A stretch of DNA of 64,000 nt, from assembly GCF_009914755.1 (NCBI RefSeq), contig NC_060932.1. One strand, given 5' to 3'. Position numbers and translations under genes: made by a program. Position 1 is the stretch's first letter. The number at the start of each line of letters is the position of its first letter. Shown here piece after piece: positions 13,521 through 29,322 of this stretch. The notes beneath the pieces are model-generated. The model did not search any database and was not told where the DNA came from. It saw only the letters and a program-made list of their open reading frames with translations. Origin of the DNA: the human T2T-CHM13v2.0 reference genome, Homo sapiens.

Positions 13521-16356
13521 GCCTACCAAGCAAGCTGTGGGCTTCCCTATCTCTTAGTGTGGGCTAAGAGCATGTCAATGCCCCACATTGGCAGGAAAAC
13601 CTGCTGCCACCCCTCAGCAGAGAGCGAAGGGCATCACGTGTCTGGGAAACTGAGCAGGAAAACTTTCACTCTTACAGTGGTTGGGGGGGATGGGGAATCT
13701 TTGTTTCCAGACCCGAGGCCATGCAGCAGCTACTTGGGAAGGAAAGAGTGACCCTCCCATTCCTACCCAAAGCTTTGGATGCATCTTAGGGCATGACTTA
13801 CCAAAGTTAAGGAACATCAAAATTATGGTGACCAACTTCTCCTAGTTTCCCACAACTTTCCCCTTTTTCGCTGTGAAAGCCCCACATCCTGGGAACCCCT
13901 CAGTCCCGAGCAAACTGGAACAGTGGGCATCATGATCAAAGATGAAATCAAGGAAAACCCTTTCCACCCTAGCCTTAAATATGGAAGGCCAAAACCCCCA
14001 ATTCTCCCATCCCATGGAAGCCAGGAGATCCCAAACCCTCACCATCAGACTACAGGCTGTGCCTCGCCGCTCTTAGTCCTAGGGGACTTGACATCTCCTC
14101 AGTGCACTGAGATGAGGCATTGAGGACACAGACCTCACATTCCATCTGCATGCTCCCATCTCCCCCGAGGCTGCCAAAAATTGGACACTGGGAGATGGAG
14201 ATGCTTGGCAGCTGGAGTCACTCCCAGCCTCGGGCAAATTTTCCAGGCTTTTACATCTTTGGAGAAGATGGTAATATTCCCTGTTTCTTCCAGATCCACA
14301 CCGCCTAGGGTCAGAGATGCAGGGAGCTGGCCAAAACGCCTTTCTCTGTGATAAAGAGGCCACAGCGTTAAATCCCGTGAGTTCATCAACAGGTAACAAA
14401 ATATTTTGCATGATTTGGCCTTGACTGAAAGGAAACTGTGAAATCTTCAAGGTGCTCTCTGTCCCTAGTGTGGACTCTCCAAAGAGGTCCTGGTCCCCAG
14501 CATGGCTACAGACGTTCACTGCATGTAATCCAGACCTCGTCTAATGCTATAAGCAAATAAACTGAATATTCAAAGAGAACAAATCACCAGTCCATCAAAA
14601 TCCTTGGGGTAAATTAGTTCAGCAGACTGGACTAGAGACATACTCCGTGACTCACCCCCACCCAGAGTAAATAAGGGAAGATTAAGCAAAACTTGATTGA
14701 ATCATGCTGAAGTTTGGCATAACTCAACAAACAGATCAGCCTGAAATCTCACATTAGGAACACATAATCTCATAAAATTTATGACTGTTATTGCTCACCA
14801 CATATGTTTCTGGGTTACTGTGTGCCGGGCTACAAGCGAGCTTCATTGCTGGGGTCTTGAGGGGGCTGCCTGCTGATCCATAACGTATTTCAAGAAAGAA
14901 GACACATTCCCGGTTGACGCTCTTTGGCATGAGTTTCCACGTGGCCTGGCCACGGCAGGGAAGGAGACTGGAGGGGAGATATTGACAGTGGGAAGGGGGT
15001 TTTGTGCCATGCCCCAAGCGGGCCCCTTGGCAAAGTCTTGTTGAGATGCTGAAGGGAAGACTGGCAAACAAAGCTTTTCTATCTCTCTTAGCCTCAGTTT
15101 CCTTATTTGCAAAATAAGAGGTAAAATTAGACGATCTCTGAGGTCTTTTCAAGAAGATCAAAGGGGTGATTCATCTAAAGATAATTCACCTAAAGAGAAT
15201 GAATTGCCGATCTACTGCCCTCCATCTCCAAAAGGAAGCCAGAGCAAGAACTGGCCACTATGTCACCAACTGAGAGCAGTAGAGAATGGGGTGTGGCTTA
15301 CAGGAGGCCATGGAATGCCAGCCCTGAGATCTGGGAGGAAAGGAGAGATGACCACGTGCTTCGGGAGGGTCACCCTCTATTGCTGCCCAGAAATAAAACA
15401 GAGTTCAGAAGTGTTTGCAAACTTGTATCACCACTCCACCTTCCACTGCCCATTGATCGAGGCCCTTTTCCCCTCTGATCCCAAATGCAACCTCATGATC
15501 CTTCTTGATAGAAGCTGCTACCCACGCATCAGATCCCGGTGGTGAGCAAGAGCTGCTTTCCAACCCAAATGACACTCAGGCTCCCTCCAGACCCATGCTC
15601 AGGGATTCCAGGTCTGACTGTAGAGATGCAAGAATGCAGAGTCAGAGTCAGTGACAAGCCAGAGCCCCCAGAGGGGGAGCCAGTTCCTTGAAGTGAAGGG
15701 CCATCGTTTGCAGGAGATGGTTACTGAAGTCCAAGTCCAGGGATTCCATAATGAAAGGAAGAGCAAGCCCGTGAGCCCTGGACTCATTTATTGAAGCCCA
15801 GAGCAAGGCAACAGATTCCCAGGCCCCAAGGCTGTGCCCCCAGGTGTCACCACGAGGGAACACACATGTAGCAAAGGCAGGTGACATGTAGACACAGCAG
15901 GCGCCTGCCGTACTGAGGTTTGTCCCTCCCTGCACCCATCCCGGGCTCTGTCCTGAACGTCTCAGCTCAGCAATCTCTCTCACGCAGATCCCTGCCTTCC
16001 CTGCCAACAGCCAAGGTCTGACCCTTCTGACCCTCGGGCCCTCTTCCAGGCTTCTCCTGTTCCATTTCCAGCACTGCTGGCTCCATCCAGAAAGTTTTGA
16101 ACAAAAGAGTAACATTTTTCTTTCTGGCTTGTTCACTTTCATGATGATTTTCACAGCCAATTCCAGTAAATCTGCTACAATAAAAGTCCCTATTCTTCAT
16201 CCATGTTCTTCTAAATAATCTTAGATTTGATTTGAAGTCTACTTCAGTTAATATTTTGTCTTTTTTAAAAAAAAAATAGTTTTGTTGTTTTTTCCTGATT
16301 GTAACTCAGATATCAGCTGGGGACTGCCCTGCCCCTCAACATCTGTGAAATGTCCT

Positions 16357-16932
16357 GTGGCAGACTGTATTTTCCAAATAAGGCCACAACATTATTTTCA
16401 ATCCCATATGTTCATTCCAGAACTTTGCAATTCCTCCATCGAGAGATGGCGGCTGTGTCATCTCTCCTTGAATCTGGGTGGGCCTTTTGACTGCTCCAAC
16501 TGATGGAGTGCATATAATTGACTGTGCAACTTCCAAAAAGCAAGTTAGGAAGGCCACACAGCTTCCACCTGGCTCTCTCTCTCGGGACACACGCCTTAGG
16601 AGCCATGGACAGCCACGTAAGAAGTCCAGCCCCCTGAAGATGCCCGGCTGCCAGCACCATGTAGAGACCACATAGAGATGGAGAGAAATCGCAAGAAGCC
16701 CCAGGTGCTCCAGCTCCAGCTGCCTGAGGCTTTCCAGCCCAGACACCAGACATGTGGATGGGGAAGGCTTTGCTGGGACTCCAGCTGCAACTGCAGGAGA
16801 GACCCCATGCAAGAGCCACCCAGCGGAGCCCAGCCAACCCCCAGAACCTGGAAAGATATAATAAATGATTATTGTTGTTTGATGCCAATAAGTTTGAAGT
16901 GTTTTTTTAATGTAGCAATGGATAACAGAGAC
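16357..16932 (+). mobile_element. MLT1 (F/G/H-type) solo LTR
   Basis: Starts tgtggcagactgtattttccaaa and ends aataaatgattattgttgtttgatgccaataagt...gcaatggataacagagaca. Confidence 0.8.
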
Positions 16933-18811
16933 AATTTGGCTCAAGCTCAAGCAATTCTGTGTCCTGTGGAACTCACAAGGCTTTCCAAGGCTTCTGCTGA
17001 TTCCTGGAAAAACAGAATGGATTGTTCATTTGTGGGTTGTATGTGTTCAGATGCTGCCTCTGTCTGACCCCACACAACATGTGAAATGTGGCTCCAATTT
17101 CATATCCCACAACAACAATCACTCACACCAAGCATCTGAGTGGGTAGTAGACCACGTGGGAGATTTAAGATTATGTTGCCGACCACATGGGATTTTGTCA
17201 ACTTGCTCCCTTTTCTCCCCTACCTCTTCCCAGTCTCATCTCCTCTCAGGTTGCTCTGGGAACCCACATTCTTCTCTCCCTGCTATGAAGAGTAATTCAG
17301 GTTCCCTCAAGTGCCTAATCCCAAACTTCCAAACTTAAGCATATCAAGAATCCAGCCTTTACTGGAGCTAATTGAGGTTACAGACGAGCAATTATTCTTG
17401 TGCGCATGCATTGTAAAAAAAATTCAAGGAACACCCAGAAAAATAAAAGAAGAAAGTAAAAATTACCCCCAAATCCCACTACACGGTGATAACCACTATT
17501 AATGTTTGGTAAACATCCTATCTATATACAATTTTATATACATAAGATTATACTATCCTTGCTGTTCTATACTTCCCCAGGTATAATTGGTATTAATAAT
17601 AGCTTTACCATTTATTTAGCACTTACTAAGTACTTAGCAATTATATAAAGGTAGCATCCTCATCACATCATTATCTTCTTTTTCCTAAGGGATCTTAGGG
17701 AGAGTCAGAGCAGGGACCTGAACCCAGACCCACCCAGCCATAAGGCCGGTGCACTTGCCACTAACCCATTCAGCCATAGCAGAATCTTTCCCCAAGATCT
17801 GCATACCACTGTGGAGAGACTATCCTGGCCTGCATATCTTGAGCCAGATCTAGCATCCTAACACATTCCTGTGTCCTCTTTCAGAGAGTCCAAGGGATCG
17901 GAGCTCCCTGGAGTCTGTGTTTGGCTCATTCCTGGTGAGGCTGAGTTTCTGAAAGGAAGCGAAAGTCTGGGCCCCACAGGAGAAACAGGGAGGGTTCTGT
18001 GTCCCCAGTACAGCAGAGCAAAGCCAGATAGGTGCTCTCCTCTGCCTCCGTGTCCCCTCCGGGACGGAGGGGGCCCTGCTGTCCTGGGAGTCTGGGGTGG
18101 TCTCCCATGAGTTCAGCCTGAATCATCTGCCTCCTCCTCCCAGGGAGTGTTTGTCCCAACTCCGGAGGGCCTCATCTGTGCAGGGCCAGCCAGGCGAGGA
18201 GGACATGCCTTGGGAACAGTCTGTGCTTGTTCCCTCAGCCCTAGAAGAGACTCTGCCAGGTGGTACTTGCCCTTCCCTGGGGAGGAGCCTGCAGTATGTT
18301 CTCTGTCAACCTTTACTGATGAGCACATGTTCCAAGCAGAGCCCCAGGGGACTAGCATCTTCTCTGACCCCTTCCAGAGAAACCCTGGGTGAGAGGCTGA
18401 GAGAGGAGACCCCACAATGGGGACACCGCAGCCCCAGAAGAGGAGGAGCAGCCTCTGGGGAGGGCCTGACCTTTCCTTTGTTGACTTTCTTGGGCCTTGC
18501 ACTAATTGTGAAGAAGTAAAAACTGAGTTATCAGTCTCCAGCTGTTCCCACAGCTGCTGACATTTGAGGGAGGCCAAGGGCAGTGGACTCCTCCCCACCA
18601 CACAACCACACTCGCAGCTGTCCACTTGAAGGTGGGCCTGCCTTGCAGGAGGTCCCCTTTGACTCCAGAGACTCAGACACTCCCAGCTCAGGGTAGGCGT
18701 TTAGAAGTTAGGCTGTGAATCCAAAAACCCCAGACTTGAGTTCTGGCTGCCACTTAATTACTTGAACCCAGGATAGTTTGCTTAACTCTTCTGAGCCTGG
18801 GCTTCCCCATC

Positions 18812-19360
18812 ATCTTAGTTTTGTCTCCCCCATAGAAGTACCCCCTAAGATGGGTGTTCTGGTGCTGGTGTTTTAATTGGGAGGTGATCCCAGGAAGCCC
18901 CAGCAGGGGAGCAGGTAAGGAAGGGAAGTAAGCCAATGAAAGATCATTGTCAAGCCAGTGACAAAACAGAAGTTTAATCCTGCTGGGGAACTCTTAGAGG
19001 CAGTGGAAAATACATGTCCTGGAATTATCCCCCATCTCCCTAACCCCAGGGCAAAGGAGCTGGCATATTGATCCACCAATTCCCACCAGTCATTGTTTGA
19101 GGGCTGCCCCTGGGGAGGGGGACAGGGATCATATCTGTGTCCCTCTGGCCTGCCCTATGCACAGGTAGAGCAGGCTCCAGCCACAAGAGATAGCCTAAGG
19201 CAGAGTCACACACTACTCTTGCACACTACCCTTGTTACAAAGTAGACTGCGTGCTATAGGCAACCAAGGACGTGTCTTCATCCTCCAAACCTCCAGTGCC
19301 CTCCAGTGCTCTGGTAAGTGCCAAGGGGATATGGTGGGGCACCCTCAGCCTCTGCTACCA
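18812..19360 (-). mobile_element. ERVL LTR16-like fragment (follows a MIR fragment at about 18690-18811)
   Basis: ttaattgggaggtgatcccaggaagc...gggaagtaagccaatgaaag...cccaccagtcattgtttgagggctgcccc is LTR16-type sequence. Confidence 0.55.
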
Positions 19361-19743
19361 CCACCTCTAAAACAAGAGAAATGACACTGGCTGCTTAGGA
19401 TGGCTGTGGGGATATATGCAGATTTTGTTTTATTTGATTTGTTTCAGTAGGCAGTTGACTTGGTTGAACTCACACTGCATATTCTGTCTCCTGGGTGGCA
19501 GCTCAAACCCCCACAAATGCATAATTCAGAGGTCAGCCCAAGATTGAGGCAGAGTTTATGCACTGAATTTAGTGCTTATCCTCTTTTGATCAGTCTTTTC
19601 AATGATATTGCCTCCATTTACAGCGAATCTAGTTTCCTCAAACCCTGTCCTTTTGCCAGAAAAACTATATGCTGTCTCTCAGAGTTCTATTCTAGCATCT
19701 CTCTATGGGACATGCTCCTGCTGGCTTTTTAAAAGTTGACCGT

Positions 19744-20377
<634 letters not shown>

Positions 20378-21128
20378 TTACCATTCTGCTTAACAATAAG
20401 CTGAATGAATAAGCACACAATAACTAGGGTTGAGAGAGTCAATCAAATAAAACCCACAATCAAGTTAAGGACCAGTCCTGAATACAGATAACCTGTCTCA
20501 TTGTCCAATCATGCCTCCAACCACATGACTGAACTTTCAGTTTGGGTGAAAAAAAGGCCCTTGTAGCTATGTAGCCTTTTATTATTTCTGTAATGAATCC
20601 CTATTTGGCCCCAGAGATATCAATATTCCAACAGTTCCTGTTCTTGCCCCAATGTTCTCATATAGGACTTCTTGTCCCCAGAAAGTCTACAAGTCTACTA
20701 ATCCCCATAACCTTATCCCACCCTCTCTCACTCAGCTAAAATTTTCTGAGAATCCACTTCTGATGGTGCCCCTAGGAGAGGGGTGACAATTTTGGATGAG
20801 TGGGGAGATGCCAGGTTTCCAGATTGTTCTGAGGATTAAATAAGTTAATACACATAAAGTGCTTAGGATTTGTCTGGCATGTAGGCACATAGTAAGCCCT
20901 TGATAAATGGTGGTGGTGGTAATATTGTTATTATTATTATCTTATTATTATTCTCTCTTCTTAGTTGTAAATATCATAAGCATAGAGTAGGAACTCAATC
21001 ACTGTGCGTGGAATGTAACTTAATTGGAAGGATGCCCTCCGTCATGGCCTAGAACCTAGACGCCTCAGAGCCTAATTAGCAGTGGGTCAGGAAATACAGA
21101 TGCCTCCCCTGAAATGGTGATACTAAGG

Positions 21129-21484
21129 TGTATTAGTCCATTTTCATGCTGCTGATAAAGACATACCTGAGATTGAGCAATTTACAAAAGAAAGAGGATT
21201 AATGGACTTACAGTTCCACACAGCTGGGGAAGCCTCACAATCATGGCAGAAGGCAAAGAAGAACACATCACATCTTACATGGATGGCAGCAGGCAAACAG
21301 AGACAGCTTGTGCAGGGGAACTCCTCTTTTTAAAACCATCAGATCTCGTGAGACTTATTCACTCTCACGGGAACAGCATGGGAAAGACTTGCCCCCATGA
21401 TTCAATTACCTCTCACTGGGTCCCTCCCACAACACATGGGAATTCAACATGAGATTTCGATGGGGATGCAGACAAACCATATCA
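21129..21484 (-). mobile_element. THE1 (B/C-type) solo LTR
   Basis: tgtattagtccattttcatgctgctgataaagacatacc...aaaccatatca. Perfect 5-bp TSD taagg at 21124-21128 and 21485-21489. Confidence 0.92.
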
Positions 21485-21717
21485 TAAGGTGACCCAGGTC
21501 AGTGTCACCTCCACCAGGAGGGCTCTTTTTAACCATCTGAATTTGGCACCCTCCTCTATGTTCCCATTGTACACCACTCTTGTTCCAAAGTAGACTGGGT
21601 GCTATGGGCAACCAAGGATGTATCTTCATTCTCCAATCCTCCAGGGCCTGACACACAATAAACATCCAGTAAGTATTTGCTAACTGAATATAGGCTTACT
21701 TATCTTCCCCCCAGGCA

Positions 21718-21968
21718 TTTTATTTTATTTTATTTTATTTTATTTTATTTTATTTTATGTTATTTATTTCGGCTTTCATCTTAGGTTCAGGGGGTACACG
21801 TGCCGGTGTGTTACACGGGTAAATTGTGTGTTGCTGGCATTTGGTGTACAAATGATCCCATCACCCAGGTAGTGAGCATAGTACCCAATCATTTTTCAAC
21901 CCTTCCCCTACTCCCAACCTCCCCCCTCTAGGGTTCCCCAGTGTCTACTGTTCCCATCTTTGTGTCTG
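21718..21968 (-). mobile_element. 5'-truncated L1PB/late-L1PA 3' end with a (TTTTA)n tail
   Basis: Tail followed by ggttcagggggtacacgtg...ggtgtacaaatgatcccatcacccaggtagtgagcatagtaccc. TSD remnant ccccca(gg/ca)catt. Confidence 0.85.
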
Positions 21969-22139
21969 CCCCCACACATTGTAATGTCTAGCTAGCACAG
22001 TACCTGCCCATAGTAGAGACTTACAGGTTTATTAAGTGTATGAAGGACATAGATTTCCTTCATTACATGCAGGTGAAAGAAACATACTTTTTCCTGCTAA
22101 ATCTAGTTAAATCTGGCTCTAGCCTGACTGAGAAGTGTC

Positions 22140-22530
22140 TGATACATTGATTCAGTAACACCCAACTCTAATCCCTTATCTGCGCCTACCACAGAGGCTG
22201 GAAAAGCTACAATGCTCTTTTTTTCCCAGCATCCTTTGCAGTTAGGAGTGGTCAGGAGACACAGTATAGGCTGATGAGATGTAAGATATTTGCTGGCAAT
22301 GTCCTTACTTTCCTTCTTCCTGTGCGATATACAGACACATGCCTGGGGGTACAGCAGCCCCCTTGAAAATATGAGGTGACAGTGTGAGGAAAAGACTGAG
22401 ACAGTCACCCACGAGCCAGCCTTAGCGTCCCTGAGTTATGAACCAGTGCCTCCAGACATCTGCCTGCAGGCTATTGGCTAAAAGGACTCCAGTTAAGTCT
22501 TCTGGATTTAATTCCTCACTGAAACCAGAT
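22140..22530 (+). mobile_element. ERVL-type LTR (LTR16/LTR33-like) fragment
   Basis: cagaggctggaaaagct...ttcccagcatcctttgcagttagg motif. Confidence 0.45.
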
Positions 22531-23176
22531 GGGGCACCTCTCTTTCCAGAGGAGCCTGAGGAGGGATAAATAAGAGATGTTTATCCAGTTATCCTGCCAC
22601 AAATGAATGAAAACATCTTGCTCAGGTAGTTTAAGTCCAGAATTAAGCATAGAATTTCCCTTCTGTAAAAAAAGGAAGTTGGACCAGGTGATGGCAAAGG
22701 TTGTCGCCCTGGAGTCCAGCCTGGAAGAGGCGGCCACAGTGGTGACATCCTGTGATCCCCACCCTTCCTGACTCAAGCTGAACTTGCTAAGAGAGTGCAA
22801 GGCTCAAATAGAGAGTGTTCCAGGCTATTCCTACGTCCTTCACCAACCTGCGAGCAAAGGGAGCACTGGACAGGGAGGGAGTGAGGATACACCCAGCAGA
22901 GTCACTGGGACTGGAGGAGGCCAAACGCCATGCGTAAGTCAGCAGGCAGGTGTGAGAACCAGCTCGACTTGAAAGGCAAAGACTTAGAGAGCTGTAAAGT
23001 TTAGAGCTGAAGAGGGAACTGCCATGAATGTGAGTGTAGTGGAGAGAGGGTGGGGATATTTATGGAGCTGATTCTACAGACCAGAACAGTAGCTGATGGG
23101 GAAGAGCTGTCTTCCTCTTAACCTGCTGCAGATTTTAAATTCCGAGAGGAGCTCACCTTCTAGCCCACTCAGATGA

Positions 23177-23179
23177 GTG

Positions 23180-23225
<46 letters not shown>

Positions 23226-23239
23226 CGCGCGCATGCATG
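23177..23239. repeat. (TG)18(CG)7 compound microsatellite within a 63-bp purine-pyrimidine alternation
   Basis: Read directly: gtgca(tg)18(cg)7catgcatg. Confidence 0.95.
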
Positions 23240-26200
23240 GTATGACTACTGGCCCCTTAGCCTCCAGGCTGATTGAGGGAAAAGCTTTATGCTGTCACAT
23301 CTCAGCACCAGTGGGCTTCAGAATCTCTAAATGGAACCTGCAATCACTTGGATATGGGGGAAGAAAGGGAGCAACTAAGCCCTTGGCACGGGTCTAGCGT
23401 TGTGCTGGCACCTGCATATCCATTATACTCGCAGTGAACCTGCAAGTTAGAGATGATCAAACCCACTTCATCGGCTTTGCAGAGAGCACTTGATGAGACG
23501 CACTTGATGAGACCAGAACTCACCACTGGCAGGGCAGCTCCCCTGAGCTTCCACATTTCCTGCTTGCACAGCTTAGATCTGTGTGGCTATGTGCAAGTCA
23601 CCCAGCCTTTAAGAACCTCAATTGGCCATTTGGAAAAAGGGGGTAGTTTGGAGTTGCAGGCCCAGATGATGATTCCCCTTCTCCTTGGCCCTCAGTGTTA
23701 TAGTGAGGATGGAATTAAATAACATTTGTGAATTCTTATAAAATTATGAAGTGCCATGACAATTAAAGGATTATAATTATTTTCCACCACAACAATAATA
23801 ATAAGCTAAATTTGATTCTGGCATAAAAATGCAATGGCTAAGATTCAGTGATGTAGAACAGATCAATTTGGGGAAAATTATACTTCATATGCATTTCACA
23901 AGCTAGTGGAAGTGCACATTGCCACGGCCATGAGAAAGACCAGGAGAAGAGAAAGGCTCATAAATTCAGCAAGTCTACCCAATTTTGGTTGACTCAAACG
24001 CACAACAATTTATTCTCAAATACTCTGCTGGGCTTAAGGGAAGACTCAATGATTAAAATATACTCTTAAAGCGTTTAAGAGAGTTTAGGCAATCATTTGT
24101 ATTCTAAATAGGCCTTCCTGACACATCCTCCTTAAAATGTTAGATCAGAAAAAGAATTCAAAGCCAGAGGCTGGCTGGCAGCGCTCCTGCTGTTCTATCA
24201 AGTTGACTGTGGGTTCCCGTTCTGCTTAGACAATAGGCTGGATAAATGAGCATGCATAGCCAGGGCTTGGGAATCTAATCAAATGAAACCTTCCATTAAA
24301 TTAATCTGACACAGCTTTGGCCATTTTTCTGGACCAGTCCTGAATTCAGATACTCTATCCTATTATCCAGCTGTGTCTCCTACCATGTGACCCAATTTTG
24401 AGTTTGAAAGAAAACGTCCCCTGTTGCTATGCTGTCTTCTACTGTATCTGTGATTCTGCTCGCCTTGTTGAAACCCCATGAACACCCTGACCTCGCACTC
24501 CTCTACTTGCCTCTCTCTTCTCACACAGGATCTCTCAACTGGAAATGGTCTCCTCAGCCCCATGCCCCAGTCCACTCAGTTGAAGCTTTCTCAGAATTCA
24601 CTGCTGATGATGCCCCTTGGAGAATGCTGATTATTTTGGGTGAGGAGAGGTGCCATGTCTTGGAGCATCTAAATTCACCAGCCCATGAGATGTGAGAGCA
24701 ATGCTGAGTTCCATACAGAGATAGAAGAAGAGTGTCTCCCACATTTAGTCCATAAGCCTCAAAGCACCTCTGCTTATACCAGTGTCCTCAACCTCCTTAT
24801 AACAGCAGCCCCTCTGGCTTTCCTTCTAAGCCTTCTGTCTGCACGAGGAGCCCGTGAGGCACTGACCCTCTGCCATTCCCTGCATCCTTCAGTCTCTACT
24901 TCTCTTCCTTCCCAAGGCAACTCTGCCATCGACATCTTCCATGCTGTCTGGCCAGCAAAGGCCTTGTGCATGTCACTGCCCATAGACAGGTGCTCAGAGT
25001 TCCACAGATGGGCTATCAGTTCAACCAAAAGCAAACCTCTCATCTCTCTGAATCCCACTTTGGACCCAGCTACCGCACCTTGCAATGTGAATTTTGCAAT
25101 GTGAATTTTCTAATTCCAGATTCTCTGTCCTGTTGTAACTTATGTGTCAAACCATGTGTTTCCATTTTACATCTTGAAAAATATGATCAGCCTGGCTCTG
25201 GGGGCTTGCACTGCCCTTAAGTCCCTTCTGACTCATGCCCAGCTGTCTTACAGCACAGAGCAGGCTCCTACACCTCCCTTGCCAGATGCCTTCTGGCCAG
25301 GCTGGGTGCTGGAGGGAAGACCTGTGTCTCTCAAATACCCTCGTTGGTCCCTTCCTCAGCCGGAGAGTGCCATGTGCCCAGAAGGAAAAAGTTGACTCCA
25401 GTCCAGTCCAAGGTCCAACAATCAAGTTTTGTTTAGGATATAAGGCCATTGAACTGGTCTAATTTATTTTCTCTGCACTTGTGTTTCCTAAGTTTTTCCA
25501 CATTATTTCTAATTTGGGCTGTTAGAAAAGGGGAAAAATTAAAAACCAAGGATCTAGAGATAATGGAATATCTTGGTGGTTACTGCATTAAAAACCAGCT
25601 GGCTAAAATCGGTTTGGAAGATCTTAGAAGGCAATCTGACTCAAACACTGTGCAAATCAAAATTGGGAGAGTCCACAGGCCAAGGAGCAGCGGAAACACT
25701 AAATGCACTCCCTCCCTCCCTAGTGAAAACACATGTGGACTCATGTGAACGCCGTCCTCTCGCCTTCATCTACTTCTGGAGATAATGAAATAGAGAGCTA
25801 GGAACTGCTGTTCAGATTGGGGACCCCCAGGCATCACTAACATGTGGCCCTATCTGTGACCCTTTATCTGTCTGCCTTGCTCAAAGCTGTATTTTCATGA
25901 GCACACGGTAAGACCTTAACGAATATTTGTTGAATAAATGAAGGAAGGAGGAATGGGATAAAATACATTTCAGCTGACTCAGATGCTTTTTTGGAGAGTT
26001 AGATAAACATTTACAAATGGGTGGATATATAAAGAAATAGATGAATAACCAAATTGGCACTAATTGATATGGTTGATAGAACACTGACACCATCTCTCTT
26101 GTCGACAGTGTGTGATTGAATTAATAGTATTAAGTATGTCTATGATATGACCCTCCCTGCTCTTTTCTATCATCCTCCTTACATCTTTCTTCACCTCCAG

Positions 26201-28170
26201 AAAGTATTCCCTCCACAAACACACAGACATTTGCGTGTCTACAAAAACAAAATCTTTCACAGATGGTACAGGTGCTAACAGAGAGAAGAAAGGGGAAGAG
26301 TGGATTCTAAGTGTTTCTTTTCACTTAATAATTTACCCTCAGATCAATAGGAGTTTTGGTACAGCTCAAAGTCCTAAGACTGGGAATATAATTTCTAGCA
26401 GTGTATTCTTGACAACAACATGTCCTTATTGCAATGAATTATGTACTAGCAAAGCATCCATCACCACCCCCCAGAAAGTCTGACCAATTGGTTTCAACAC
26501 TTAGATGAGGCTTATTTTCAACCATCCATGCCCATTTGTACACGCCTACTAAGTGTAACCCACATAAATTTGAGTGTCCTCATGGCCTTTTCAGCTCTTG
26601 CATAGTCAAAAGAAATAAACATTCAACTCCTAAATCCTTGAGGAAAAAATGAAGATTTGGAGATGGGTTTTCTGATGATGTGGCACAAGGATTTTGCATT
26701 GCTCTAACTGCTCTTCTCATGAGAAGCCACTGGCCTGTGCTTTGAATTTAGTGCAACAAAATCTATCACCTTACAACTCTTCTAGAGCCAACAACTAGGC
26801 TGCATAACTCCCTTTTAGAAGTATGCGGGAAACATATTCACAGGAAAACATCTTCACTTAAGGCCAATAGGCCCCCTCACAACACTCAATACGTCTCCTC
26901 ATTCAACCTAGCTTCTCCTTTCTTCTTCCCCTATAGAGTGTGGAGCCTTGGGGATTTAAGGCGGTGGGGTCTGGTGCCTCTGCAGCCTGCCCTGCCCCTG
27001 CCACATCATTAACATCTGAGCACAACATCCAGTCTTTCCAACAAAAGACTCTGCCCCTTGGCGATATCCACAGACCACATTTACTCCAAGTTACAAGCTA
27101 AAATGTTGTTTCTTGCCACAAATAAAACACAAGTTACTTACTCCAAAATTTAATGTACCCAGGGGGGCGACACTGTCTCATTTATGCTGAGGCCTGAGAA
27201 ATGCCTTATGTGTGACCAACATCACTCCTCGAGGGACAAATCAGGGTGTACTAAGTCCCAGGCTGGATCTGAAGTGTTCCCTGAGTGGGACCAAGGGAGC
27301 TTCTCTCCCATTCGTCTTGCTTCTCAGCTTAAGACACAGCAGCCCCCAAACCACCCCACTGCCCTAGTTTAAACTCAATTATTCCATCTTGCTTGCAGAA
27401 GCTGCCATTTTGCCTCTTTCTGTTCCTTGGGCTTGATTAGCCACATCAACAGAGGGAATTCAAAAGGCCCCTCCAGTTTAAAATCAGCTCTCAAATTGCA
27501 CAGCCACTCTTTGCCAAAAGTTGCTGATCTATCTCCCGCAAGGATTGATCCAAGTGCTTCTCATTATCCAAGCTAGCTTCTATTGCTCCCGAGGTGCTGC
27601 CTGCGATAGTAGCTCCTCCTACCACAACACAGGAAAATATTTGTGCCAGTAACAGATTCCTACTTATGAATTAAATACATAAATCCTAGCTAACCTCCTC
27701 TCTACCCTCTACTGTCTCTAGGGCAGTGAGGTGGTTGGCCACTAGAACAGACATCTGGCTGCGTTAGAGTTGCAAACAGTCTCCATTGTTCAGGCCTCAT
27801 CTAACAACATCTTTCCTCTGCCTTTGCTGCATACCACCCCTGAAACCTTCAAATGGAGCCGCTAACACAGCTCAAAGCCTTTTTCTCTGGTTCCTTGCAT
27901 GGAACTTCCTGTGAATTTCTTAGGTTTCTAGTAGCAATCAGCTTGTATAAACAGTTTCAAAGCCAACTTGATTGCCAACCTTACAGTAGCTGTTGTGCTC
28001 CCGGGGAGGTGGTCCCAGCTAGAGCAGGGCAACAATGTGAATGAGTCCAACTGTCCTTATCACTGACCTCCTCATTCCTTGCACAAAGCTCCTGTTTCTT
28101 AAAGCAGTTGCATATCTATCAGGATTGGATGTGCTAATGTCCAATTTGCAATCTCAAGAGAGAGGGTTTT

Positions 28171-29322
<1,152 letters not shown>

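Noticed and set aside
16336-16950. 204-aa and 158-aa ORFs
   Set aside because: Coincide with an MLT1 LTR; chance ORFs.
25080-25109. Short tandem duplication ttgcaatgtgaatt x2 (similar one at about 11361-11384)
   Set aside because: Ordinary slippage duplications expected at this frequency.
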